This document shows, in pieces, positions 1 to 11,000 of a stretch of 64,000 bases of DNA. Numbering within the stretch: position 1 is the stretch's first letter; each line of letters starts with the position of its first letter. The stretch comes from Felis catus (lineage: Eukaryota). The stretch lies in NCBI RefSeq assembly GCF_018350175.1, contig NC_058383.1, positions 12,030,001-12,094,000 on the forward strand. Direction: 5' to 3'. The position numbers and the translations under genes are program-made. Below the pieces are notes generated by a model, which ran no database searches, was not told the DNA's origin, and was given only the letters and a program-made list of their open reading frames with translations.

Positions 1-474
1 CCGGGAAACCAGCTCCTCGCGATGAGGTCATAGCAGAGGGAGGAAGCCTGACCCTGAAGGGGGAAAGGACCCAGAGAAGGAGCCAGAACTCTGGGATGAG
101 AGCGTTAAGCACCTGTCCCGGAGCTCTGGACGGGTCCTCTGCTTCTATTACTTTCTTTGTTTCTCTTTTGCTTTTCCTCGCTGTTTTGTGAAGTTCTTTT
201 TAACCTTTCTGGCTGTGCTAAGGAAAACAAGGGAGAGTTGTTTCCCTGTGCGTGTGCACACACGCGCACACACACGCACATCAATGGATTAAAAAAAGAT
301 GCGAACGCCCTCGGGAAGGAAGGGTGGTGGAAGCAGCAGGAATTCAAACAGAACCCCTCCACCCGCAAGGAGGGCAAACCTCTGGAAACAGAGCCATCTG
401 GACCCACGTTGTTCCCTTCCCTGAGAGTTTCCTTCCCGGGCTAAATAAAGCCTCGGACACTCTGGCTCTCTCTT

Positions 475-698
475 TTAAATTTTTTTTTTTCTTCAACGTT
501 TTTATTTATTTTTGGGACAGAGAGAGACAGAGCATGAACGGGCGAGGGGCAGAGAGAGAGGGAGACACAGAATCGGAAACAGGCTCCAGGCTCCGAGCCG
601 TCAGCCCAGAGCCCGACGCGGGGCTCGAACTCACAGACCGCGAGATCGTGACCTGGCTGAAGTTGGACGCTTAACCGACTGCGCCACCCAGGCGCCCC
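475..698 (-). mobile_element. CAN-SINE, young feline SINEC_Fc-like
   Basis: Full reverse-complement SINE (head, CT tract, A tail). 15-bp TSD CTCTGGCTCTCTCTT at 460-474 and 699-713. Confidence 0.97.
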
Positions 699-1479
699 CT
701 CTGGCTCTCTCTTAAATAAGGGTGGCAGTGCGCATTCGAGGAGGCCCAGAAAATACGGGGGTGCTGGCAAGGAGCGGCAAGGAAACGCAGGGCTAGATGG
801 ATAAAAAGCGACCCTCAAAGAGTCCGCGCTGCTCGTAACCCAGCCCGCGAGCACCGACTGCAAGGACACAGATACAAGCCAGAGGACACGCTCCTTCCGA
901 CAGCCGTAGAGCCAAGAGGTGATGGTGAGGATGCGGGCCAGACGGCGTGTGCCTTTTTGGCAAACGTCCCCTGGGAATAACAGGCCCAGGCAGAAGTGGA
1001 CGGTTATTTTCTAGGAGATGAGGAGTCAAGCCTCTGCCAGCATTGTCCTGGTCCCTGGGGGGCACCTGTTTTCCACAGCAACCGCCGCTTGGGGAGAACA
1101 CCGCCTTCCAGTTCACCATCCCAGGAAGACATTCAGTCCGGGCTCGCAACTCTGGGTGGGCGGAAAAGGGTCCAGAACACGAGTCACAAACCTCGCCGGG
1201 GCTTAGGGGAGGTTGAGGAAACGGGTTCTGTGGTCAGCGCCCCGAGGCGGCTGTCAGCACCCGTGTGGCCGCTCCACCCCGGGTGACTTTCTGCTCAGTT
1301 CCTGCAGGTCCTGTCCCCCGTGACCCTGGGTCCTCACCCTGGCAATCCGATGCCGACGTTGGCAATGACGAGGGTGATGATAACAAGGACGGCATCGTGG
1401 CCAAGATGGGGACAGAACAGAAACGAACACTGACTGCTAAACGCCTCACAAGCCTTCTCTTATCCTGCCCACAAAAGCT

Positions 1480-1620
1480 CTATGAGGTACGTGCGATTTC
1501 TGAGCCCCTTTCCTGATGAGGGAACAGCAGCTCAGAGAGGTTCCGCAACCTGTCTGGAGGCACACAGCCACGAAGAAGGAGCTGATACATGAACTCGGCT
1601 CTGCGCAACTCCAAAGTCAC
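1480..1620 (-). mobile_element. MIR fragment
   Basis: GATGAGGGAACAGCAGCTCAGAGAGGTT...CACACAGC resembles the reverse MIR core. Confidence 0.65.
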
Positions 1621-1663
1621 TTTTTTTTTTTCAGGAGCAGGAAGGCTTAAAAGCTCAGATTCT

Positions 1664-1829
1664 GGGGGTGCCTGGGTGGCCCAGTCACTTAAGCATCTGC
1701 CTCTTGATTTCGGCTCAGGTCATGACCTCACGGTTCGGGAGCTCGAGCCCTGTGTCAGCGTGGAACCTGCTTGGGATCCCCTCTCTCCCTCTCAGAATGG
1801 ATAAATCAACTTAAAAAAAAAAAAAAAAG
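1664..1829 (+). mobile_element. CAN-SINE (older, internally shortened)
   Basis: GGGGTGCCTGGGTGGCCCAGTC head and poly-A tail. Confidence 0.92.
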
Positions 1830-1859
1830 ATCTCAGACGCTGCAACAAAACCGGTCACC

Positions 1860-1990
1860 CCCTCCCAGCTGTGGGACCTGCCGCAAATCACAGAACCTCT
1901 CTGTGCCCGAATGTCATCATCTGTAAAACTGGAATAACAACGGCCCCTCCCTCCTAGGGCTTTCGGTGAGAATGTCAAGGGTGAATATAT
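1860..1990 (+). mobile_element. MIR fragment
   Basis: CAGCTGTGGGACCTG...AACCTCTCTGTGCC...CATCTGTAAAACTGGAATAA matches the MIR core. Confidence 0.7.
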
Positions 1991-1999
1991 GGAAGGCGG

Positions 2000-2140
2000 T
2001 ACATTGCAAACCTTAATGAGCTTGTAAAGTACCTGGGGATCTCGTTAAAATGGGCTTTCCTGGGGGGGGGGTCTGGGGTGAAGCCTGAGGGTCCGCATTT
2101 CTGATGAGCTCCCAAGGGGCATAGAGGGCAGCCCACACTC
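2000..2140. mobile_element. MER5A-like hAT DNA transposon fragment
   Basis: ACCTGGGGATCTCGTTAAAA...GTCTGGGGTG...GCATTTCTGATGAGCTCCCA resembles MER5A. Confidence 0.6.
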
Positions 2141-2144
2141 CGGG

Positions 2145-2230
2145 TGGCAAAACCCTAAAGCGCTCAGAAGGGGTCACGGTAATCAACTGGCAAAACCCTA
2201 AAGCGCTCAGAAGGGGTCACGGTAATCAAC
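2145..2230. repeat. Perfect 43-bp tandem duplication
   Basis: TGGCAAAACCCTAAAGCGCTCAGAAGGGGTCACGGTAATCAAC at 2145-2187 and 2188-2230. Confidence 0.97.
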
Positions 2231-2379
2231 AACGAGGTGCGGGCTGCGACTATTCGCATTTTAGACTATTCGCATTTTAGCATCTTGTAGCCACTGCCCT
2301 GACTTGTTCTGAGGGTTGTATCCTGGCACCACCCCAGCCCCTTTATGCAAACTTGGCAAACGTCTTCAGACCGCCCCCC

Positions 2380-2618
2380 CCCACCCTTGAAGACCTCTGC
2401 TTCTACTGTTACACTTCCTTCTTGTTTTTCCACCCCTCCTGACTTCTGACCCTCCCTGCTGTGTGAGCCCTTGTGATTGTATCCGACGCGTCCAGATAAT
2501 CCAGGCTAACCTCCCCATCTCAAGATCCCTGGCTTATTCACAGCTGCAAAGCCCACATTCACAGGTTACAGGGATCTTAAGGTAGGCATTTGTGGGGCTA
2601 ACATTCTCCTGCCCACAG
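2380..2618 (-). mobile_element. MLT1 (MaLR) LTR fragment
   Basis: CCAGATAATCCAGGCTAACCTCCCCATCTCAAGATCC...CACATTCACAGGTT...TTCTCCTGCCCACA is typical of MLT1. Confidence 0.75.
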
Positions 2619-2893
2619 GTACCCCTTAATAAATATGGCGCACATCTGACTCCATTCCAGAAATTCCTCTCCGGGGAGCTCTGCTTGCAACGTTACTATT
2701 TCGAAACGTTGCTTTCACAAGGCCTGTGTTGTTTTCGGGTCTGGATTGTTCGCACTCGAAAGGGGTGGGAACGGGGGACAGCCGTGTAGAGTCCCTGAAT
2801 ATGCAACAATCCAAATGATCCCTTCATATCCAATGACAGCACGTAGAGCATCTGAGTACGTCTGTCTGTGTAGTCAAGAATTAACTTTACCCA

Positions 2894-3074
2894 GGGGCAC
2901 CCGGGGGGCTCAGCTGGTTAAGCGTCCGACTCTTGGGTTTCCGCTCAGGTCATGATGTCACAGTTCGTGAGTTTGAGCCCCGCGTCAGGCTCTGCCTGCT
3001 TGGGATTTCTCTCTCTCCCTCTCTGCCTCTCTCTTTCGCTCAAAAAATAAATCAATAAACATAAAAAAAAAAAA
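2894..3074 (+). mobile_element. CAN-SINE
   Basis: Head and A tail. TSD AAGAATTAACTTTACCCA at 2876-2893 and 3307-3324. Confidence 0.93.
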
Positions 3075-3084
3075 GGAATTAACA

Positions 3085-3308
3085 GGGTGCCTGGGTGGCT
3101 CAGTCGGTTGAGCACCCATCTTCCGCTCAGGTCACGATCTCTGGGTTTGTGAGTTCAAGTCCCGCCTCGGGCTCTGTGCTGATGGCTCAGAGCCTGGAGC
3201 CTGTTTCGGATTCTGTGTCTCCCTCTCTCTCTCTGCCCCTTCCTCACTTGCACTCTGTCTCTCTCTGTCTCTTTCAAAACTAAATAAACATTAAAAAAAA
3301 AAAAAAAA
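3085..3308 (+). mobile_element. CAN-SINE inserted in the 3' TSD of the previous SINE
   Basis: Full SINE flanked by GAATTAAC on both sides. Confidence 0.95.
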
Positions 3309-4635
3309 GAATTAACTTTACCCAAAGAGAGATCTGGCCTTTTCTCTAATCCCTATAGGGGAGGTAATCTCTAAAACCTTAGAATGACCTGCATCTTTGT
3401 TTACGTGGGGGCCTTGAGCCACACTGTCACTGTATGTGATTCACGGGCAGGGCCTTGGGCCAGGCAGCATGAGGTTAAACTCTAGAGGGGCCCCAGACCG
3501 TGGTCAAGCCATGTGGGTGGTCACACATGTCCACGTGCTGAAGCCCTGATGAAAACTCTGGACTTCAGGGTTCGGGTGAGCTTTCCTGGTTGGCAATACT
3601 CCAAGCGCATTGTCACACGTTGTCACTGGGAGAAGGCAGTGCTGCTGTGATTCCACCGGAAGGTGATGACCGGAAGCCCCACGTGTGGAATGCTCCGCCA
3701 CTCGGGCTGATTTTAATCGTCATCTTTTTACCATAATAAACTGTAGCATCGCATCTAGCGGCTGTCAGTGACTCTATGAGTCCTTCTAGCAAATGGTCAA
3801 ATCTTAGGGTGGACTTGGGGGACCCTGAACTTGCCTTCCAGGTCACAAGTAATGGCCGTCTTGGGGACTCATGAACTCAGCGCTGTCTCCTGCCCTGTGT
3901 TCAGAAAATTTCCTCCCACAAACTGCCCCACAGATATCCTACGTCTTCTCGATTTTTGCCATTCAGGCTGTCCCGTCAGTTATTCTCCGTACCCACCTTC
4001 AGAGCAGGGACAAACATTTTTTTCCTCTCTGGTTGCTGCAAAGTGCCCGTTCGGGGCAACGCTGAGCCTCCTTGGGACCTGGGAGGACAGAGAAATGTCT
4101 CGATTCACCAGCTTACACGCAGGTATAGTAAATGTCAGAAAGAGCTCAGTCCAACCTGTTTTTTATTGCGCCACTCTCAGAAACCGAACCAGAAATCGAG
4201 AGACAAGGACGTCTTCTAGAAAGGCAGTGCACCCGCAAGCGACAGACGAACACAGCATCGTGCGAAGTGACATACCTCAGTAGGTGCTGGTTACAAACAG
4301 GAAGAAGTGCCCGTTGTGGCCTTTCCTTGTTGTGCCTGCCAGTAAGCTCGGGGGGACAACCTCGGAGTTTACCTCGGAGTTTACCTCGGACAACCTCGGA
4401 GTTTAGAAGGTAAACGAAGGCGTTTACCTTCTAGGCAGCGAATCTTCGCTTCTCCTTTGTTTTTGGCCCTGTATTTCTATTTCTATCCTTAGTTTATGAA
4501 ATTTCGTGTGGATTTACATGGACCTCGGCTGTCCAGGAGTAGATTAATCATAATTCTGGCTTACGACACACCTTGACCATTGCTCCCCGCAAGTAAGTCC
4601 TTGTTTACTTTGTTTGTATATTAACTTATTTATTT

Positions 4636-4866
4636 ATTTTTATTTTTTTTTTTAATTTTTTTTCAACGTTTATTTATTTTTGGGACAGAGAGAGACAGAG
4701 CACGAACGGGGGAGGGGCAGAGAGAGAGGGAGACGCAGAATCGGAAACAGGCTCCAGGCTCTGAGCCATCAGCCCAGAGCCCGACGCGGGGCTCGAACTC
4801 ACAGACCGCGAGATCGTGACCTGGCTGAAGTCGGACGCTTAACCGACTGCACCACCCAGGCGCCCC
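4636..4866 (-). mobile_element. CAN-SINE, young feline type
   Basis: Full SINE. TSD TTAACTTATTTATTT at 4621-4635 and 4867-4881. Confidence 0.97.
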
Positions 4867-5150
4867 TTAACTTATTTATTTTTAACAATGTCGTAAGCAC
4901 CTATGAACCCATCCCCAAGCCAAAATCTAGATTCTCTTGCGTCTTTCAGCTCCATTTCCAGACATAGAAAATAATTTGTACATTCTTTTTTTTTGAGAGC
5001 GAAATTAATAAGCTGTTATTTAGAACGTTCTCCAAACAAAGGCCAACGTTAAGAGAAAAATATTACCTGTAATTCATTCCCTCACCCTTACCTACTTCAT
5101 CAACAGCAATTAATACTCTAGTCAGGCGAATTCACATTTAAATGTTTTTT

Positions 5151-5366
5151 GGGGGCGCCTGGGGGCCTCAGTCAGTTGAGCATCTGACTCTTGATTTCAG
5201 CTCCGGTCATGATCTCAGGGTTCATGGGTTGAGCCCCACACTGGGCAAAGCGCTGACAGCACGGAGCCTGCTTGGGATTCTCTCTCTCTCCTCCTCTCTC
5301 TACACCCTCCCCCGCTGGCTCATGTGCATTCACTCTGTCTCTCAAAGTAAATAAACTTAAAAAAAT
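5151..5366 (+). mobile_element. CAN-SINE (older)
   Basis: GGGGGCGCCTGGGGGCCTCAGTC head, CT tract, A-rich tail. Confidence 0.93.
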
Positions 5367-5977
5367 ACGTATTTTTTCTATACCTCCAATGATGTATGGA
5401 AAATTTCACATCTTGATCTATTTTTTTTAATTACCGCTCTCCATTACGTACAAAAACACTTCACTTAAATCTGTCACCTGACATTATATATTAAATAACT
5501 TATTGTTATTTTTGACACTGAACATCGTCGGACTTATTTGGATGGTACCATGAATAACTTAGTAACCGACTTATGGTTAGACATTTAGGCTGTGGGGTTC
5601 TTTTGGGGGCTGAGGGGTAATGATACATCACACTACCAAACAATATTTTAGATATAGGTATTAATTCACTTTTTTGTTTAGTGTTCTGTATAGAGTTCTA
5701 ATTAAAGATTGGGTGTCTGGATCAAAGACTATTCACATTTTTAATTTTTGTAGACACATGACATGTGGGCCTCCAGTTGGACCCTTGTTCTGGGCCCTGA
5801 GCTTGTTGGTGGAGGGCCTGATACCCATATCTACTCTTATCGGCCCATCTGAATGTGCCCGTTCACCAACATTCTGAACTACGATGATCCCGCTGTTAAA
5901 TAGGTGAAAAATAGTATCTCATGCTTGTTTTCATCTGTATTTTAAACATATTTGGTCATTCATATCGTTAGCATTTG

Positions 5978-6225
5978 CTTTTTTTTTTTTAAATTAAAGT
6001 ACAGTTGAATTGATATGTTATATTAGTTTCAGGTATACAACATAATACGATGAATAGACCATAATTCAACAGGTCTATACTCGACTCAGCGCTCCTCATT
6101 CTTAATCCCCTTCCCCTCCCCCACCCCCATCGGGAAAACTGGGAGTTTGTTCTTTGTATTTGAGTCTGGCGTTTTGGTCGGTTTCTTCTTTATTCTGTTC
6201 ATTTGTTTTGTTTCTGAGACTTTCG
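5978..6225 (-). mobile_element. L1 3' end fragment
   Basis: Poly-T followed by TATATTAGTTTCAGGTATACAACATA...GAGTTTGTTCTTTGTATTTGAGTCTG, the reverse of a carnivore/L1MA 3' UTR. Confidence 0.75.
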
Positions 6226-7677
6226 TATTTTCATGTTGTTAAGGATTTATGTCTTTGTTTATCTACTGGGGCCTCAGCGTTCTTCTTATAAGTTTGTAAC
6301 TGCGGTCTCTGCATTAAGGATGGTGACTTCCATAGTCTATGTAATAGCTAACCTAGCGCTAGGTGAGTATCTGGCTAAGTCCTACCCCCAGGTATCTAGA
6401 AGGATACAAGAGAGGGCCACTAAGTGCGGGGCAAATAGAATCTGAGAGAATTCTGGGGGGGGGGTGCCCATTTGATTACAATCATTAAGTGGGGGATCAT
6501 TAACACAACAAGGAAATTGGAACCAACCCAACCAGGAGAATGAGAGCAAAGGGGAAAAGGCCACGGTACAGCATCCTGAGAAAATCCTGAGAGTGTGGGT
6601 CCCCACCCGTGCTTGGGTTTCCATTCACATGTTCCGAGACTGGTGATTCACATCAGGGTCCTGCTCCCGGGCGCGGACCCGCAGTCAATACATCCGTGAA
6701 GAACCGAATTCTCGAACTAAGCTGGCATCCAGCTAACTCGACATCCCAGAGCGCAGCCAACTCCTCCCCCCAGAGTCGTATCCAACCAACGAGGAGTCCA
6801 TCTTGTTCAACTACAAAGGCACCCGTCACCACCTCAGGGGCCTTCATCCCATTTTCTTCTGCAAACACCTAAGCAGATTTTCCTCATTTCTTCCGGATAG
6901 TTGGCCAGCAAATGCTTTAATTGCAAGTTGAAAGGAATAAAATAAAATCATCTGGTGGGATGGTTTTAATTAGAATTTAGTGAGTCGGGCCAGCAATTAG
7001 CGCATCTATGAATGGAGACTCTACACACATATTTGTCTCCGTTGAACTTCACTGATTTAAGTGAACACTTGACTCCGATTCCTCCAGTTAAACAAAGGCC
7101 ATTGTAATGGTACCACCAGTAATAACGTTGCCCGAGCCAACGGAAAATGGTACAAGCCGTCACTTGACTCTAGGTCTTCCCTGGTCCCAACACGGGATTT
7201 CCACCAACCTTAGTTTTAAACACAGCCGTGGAATTCGTAATATTCTTAAGATTATTGATTCATTTTAAATTAGGCCTAGGGGAGAAGAGGGACCTGTGAA
7301 GGAAGAGAAAGGGACAGCGTCGTGTTTGAGTACCTGCTATACAGCAAGTACTGAACAAGGAAGGTGTGTCCATTTCCTTCCCTTCCTCTGCGCACCAGCC
7401 TGTGCAGAGGGCATGATTATAGACGCAATTACAAAAACGAAGCAAAACAAAACAACACTGCAGACCAGAGATGCAGTCGTCCCCCAGGCTGGACAGCCGT
7501 AAGGGCAGAACGTTGGATAGTCCAAACCCAAAGTTCTGGCCCCTGCCGAAGGATTCGGAATCCCTTAAATACACATATTTAAGGTGTGATCTCACGCTCC
7601 AAGGCGCAGGTGAGGGCTACAGTTTCTCAGAGCGAAGCGGGTCCTTCCCACAGGCCAAGCAAGTGCCCCATGCCACT

Positions 7678-7855
7678 GGTTCGCAATCTCGACTCCACAT
7701 TGGAATCACTGGGGGGCTTCAAAAAAAAAACCCCGAATACCGGGCACCCACCCCAGAAGTTCTGATCTCACTGGGGTGGGGGCACAGACTGACAGGGGCA
7801 TTCTATGACATTCCGCGGGTGTTGCTGCTGTCCGGTCAAGGTTGGGCAACACTGA
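7678..7855. mobile_element. MER5-like DNA transposon
   Basis: CACATTGGAATCACTGGGGGGCTT...CACCCCAGAAGTTCTGAT...GGGGTGGGG. Confidence 0.65.
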
Positions 7856-8159
7856 CCTCCGTGCACAGAATGCGTCGATAGAAAGCTTTGGAAGCCCCAT
7901 TGAAGAGTGAAACTATGGCTACCCTGAGCTTTGCGAGCCTGTGCCCGCGATGCTCCTGTGAGGTCTATTTTGGTCCCTGCAGGACATCTGGCAGAGAGCA
8001 GCCAAGCATTGGAGTGAAAGAGCCCAGGTGGGGATCCAGGCTCAGTCTCGTACCGGCATTGTGATCTTGACCAGGCAGGCTAATCTGACTCTTAGTTATC
8101 TAGAAAATGAAGATGAGAACTATCTGGTCAGGCTGGCGTAGAGATTTAAAAACTGCCTT

Positions 8160-8360
8160 CCTGGGCACCTGGGGGGCTCAGTGAGTTAGGCGTCTTCCTC
8201 TTGATTTCGGCTCAGGTCATGATCTCACCGTTCAGGGGTTTGAGCCCCGCGTCGGGCTCCGGCAGCCTGGAGGCTGCTTGGGATTCTTTCTGTCCCTCCG
8301 CCCCTCCCCCACTCGCCCTGTCTCTATCTCAAAATTAATAAATAGACTCAAAAAAAAAAA
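8160..8360 (+). mobile_element. CAN-SINE
   Basis: Head GGGCACCTGGGGGGCTCAG and poly-A tail. Confidence 0.92.
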
Positions 8361-9752
8361 GCGCGTTCCATTCAAGGCTTGAATCTGCCAACAGGCCTTG
8401 TGATTCTCCAAAACAGATTCTCCAAAACCTCCTTGTGATTACCAAACGGCATTTGATAGCACACGACGTGCCGTAAACCTACTGGCTTTGGTTTTCTGGA
8501 TGCTATCTTAACAGGGACACACGGGACCAAGACGTTAATGAGTGGCACTGATATCTACTGCATTTTAAGAGATACAGACCATAAACTCCTGTCCCGCAGT
8601 GGCTCTGGCACAGGAAAATTCAGGGATGGTGGTATTCATTATATCACACACCGAGTTTGTGCTATATTCTCGGTACGGCAGGTGGAGAGACTCACACAGC
8701 CACGGGCTCTGCCTTCAAGCTATTGGTAAATATCATTTGCTAGTCACCGAGCCGCCCAGGCGCCCCAGTGGGACGCTTTTTGGTATCGAATGGAACTAAC
8801 ATTCTATGGGACCCTTGTCTGGGAAACCTCATGCTGGTTGGAACGGCGTCGTAAAAAGACATTCACAGGAAAGAGGCCAGCGAAGCGGCCAGCCACGTGG
8901 GCAAGACCCCACAAGGCATCCAGCTTTCAGGTTGGGACGCTCAGTTTTGTCGATCTACCCACAGGTTGGCTTTTTTCCAGGCAACAGAGTCACGGATACT
9001 AAAAGCAAAACCGTAGGAAGCCATGAAAACCCTTGATTTTGGCTCAGCGAATCAAGCTGTCCCAGCTTTGGAAACCTCATCCGTAGAATGAAGGATGATC
9101 CCGCCGATGCCGTGAGTCAGGTATTATTTTCAGCACCGTGGGGGCCACTGGTGTCCATTGGTGCTTTTGACCCAGAATGTCCCATGCTCTGCCTTCTGGG
9201 CACAAGGTGGGATCGTGCGTCGGGTGCTCCTGGGGCAGGATGGGGCCGTGCGAACGAAACTGAGCGTCCCTCGCTTTCAGACAAGAGCCTCTTGCTCGGG
9301 TGGGCTCTCCAGAGCTTCCTTTCTATCTAGAACGGCCACCAGGGACGGGCAAGATCGCGACTGTTCCGCCAGCATGGGTCCCACAAGAAGCAGAGCCCCA
9401 CCTGCGGACGCAGTGAGCGGGTAATCTGAGCAGGAAACGCACTTGCCGTGAGGTCTGGAAATGACCGCGGGGCCGGCAGAGCTCCTCTTGTGTGATTCCA
9501 GAGCCAAACAAGGTGACACACGACAAACTCTGTTACAGCTCCTGGCTCTGAATAGGCAGTCTTCATTATTATTATTATTATTTTAATGGGGAGGAGGGAC
9601 ACTTCTTTCTAGATCACTCACAGCACACACTGGAACACAGGTCACTCCGTCCTGGTGACTAGGCAGGTACACTCAGGAAAACAAAGTGTGTGCAGAGCAT
9701 GATATCCAAACTAGCGGGAGAATGTCTGTTTGGGGGTTTGCTTGTTTGGGTC

Positions 9753-9862
9753 CCTTCCTTCCTTCCCTCCTTCCTTCCCTCCTTCCTTCCCTCCTTCCTT
9801 CCATGTTTCCTTCCTTCCATCCTTCCTCCCTCTCTCCCTTTTCCTTCCTTCCTTCCTTTCTT
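9753..9862. repeat. (TTCC/CTCC)n polypyrimidine microsatellite
   Basis: Direct reading. Confidence 0.95.
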
Positions 9863-10079
9863 CTTGTTGTCTTCCAAAGTACACTTCTCCTAGGAAATGG
9901 TGGGTGAACTGAATTGAATGCCACACCCGGGGCATCAGCCAAGCCTTCTCGGAACAAAGTGAAAAAGGAACACCAAAGGCCCCAAGTTGCAGAGAGCCTT
10001 CCCCCAACGTCAAGCCACCCCCTCCTCCTCTCTTCCCCCTTCAGCGGTTCTAGGCTTAGCGCTCCATCCCATTTTCCGT

Positions 10080-11000
10080 AATTAGCCGCATTTTTACCTC
10101 TGACTGGGGATGACAGCCGGGCCCTTGTTTGCAGGCGCTTACAAACCCAAGCTGGAAACGGTTCTCATTAGCATGCACTCAGGAGTTTCAGACAAAGGTG
10201 GGCTCAACGGAGGCTGTTCAGCGGCGCTGTTGGCTCATTTGTGCAGACACTTGACCTGCGTGCTTTCCCCGCTGGGACTGAAAGCAAACCTTTGTCGTCT
10301 TAACATAAAGCACCGGCCGCTTGCCCTGGGGGCGGGGCTTGCTAGGCGCGGTGCCCAGCCCCCGCCCCCGGCCTTCCTCTCCCTGCCGCTGGGGCTGCGG
10401 ACAGGCCGACAGGCGGACAGACGGACGTCCACCGGTCCCTCCAGCCCGCCTGCAGGCATGCTGGCTCTGCAGTCGGGAGCCTGCCCTCCAGCCCCCCACA
10501 CATGGGGCGTTTGTAGAGAGCTCCAGCCTCATTTCTCTGCCTCGGTTTCAGCTCTAGAAACAGTCTACCCTCGCTCTGTGCTACCAGCCGGACTCCCTGA
10601 GCGTGCCCTTGCTGGGCTCTGGTCAGCAGCCCCTCCCAGGGACCGGAAGTCCCCAGTGACACGTCGCAGCCGAGGGTGTCAATTCCTGCGGGTTGCTCCC
10701 CCCTCCCCACCCCAGCCCCCTGCAGGACGCCCGCAGAATGCCCCACTGCCCAGGCTGTGTCCCTCCCTCCCTCCCTCCCCCTTCTGTGAGGTCTGCCGCC
10801 TTCTCCTGCCTCCTGTTGGATTCCAGAAGCTGCGGCCGGCCTCTGCACCTGCTACTTTTCCTAGCTGGGTCAGGCGAGTGGGACGCGGCCTGTTGCAGTG
10901 CCTGGCTCTTCCCAGGCTGCGCCCCACCCCTCTGCTGCATTCACCTAAGCTAAGCGTGGGCAAGCCGGGCGCACTGAGTCGAAATACACGGATAGGGCCG
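10080..11000. promoter_or_regulatory. GC/CpG-rich candidate promoter or enhancer
   Basis: Repeat-free and CpG-rich. GC boxes near 10329 and 10360. ETS site CCGGAAGT at 10643-10650 overlaps NF-kB-like GGAAGTCCCC. Function is inferred. Confidence 0.45.

Larger units (their letters stand above)
2785..3836 (+). mobile_element. MER21C-like ERVL-class solo LTR interrupted by two SINEs
   Basis: GGTGAGCTTTCCTGGTTGGCAATACT...AATAAACTGTA...GAGTCCTTCTAGCAAA...GACCCTGAACTTGC matches the MER21 3' part. 5' boundary uncertain. Confidence 0.7.
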
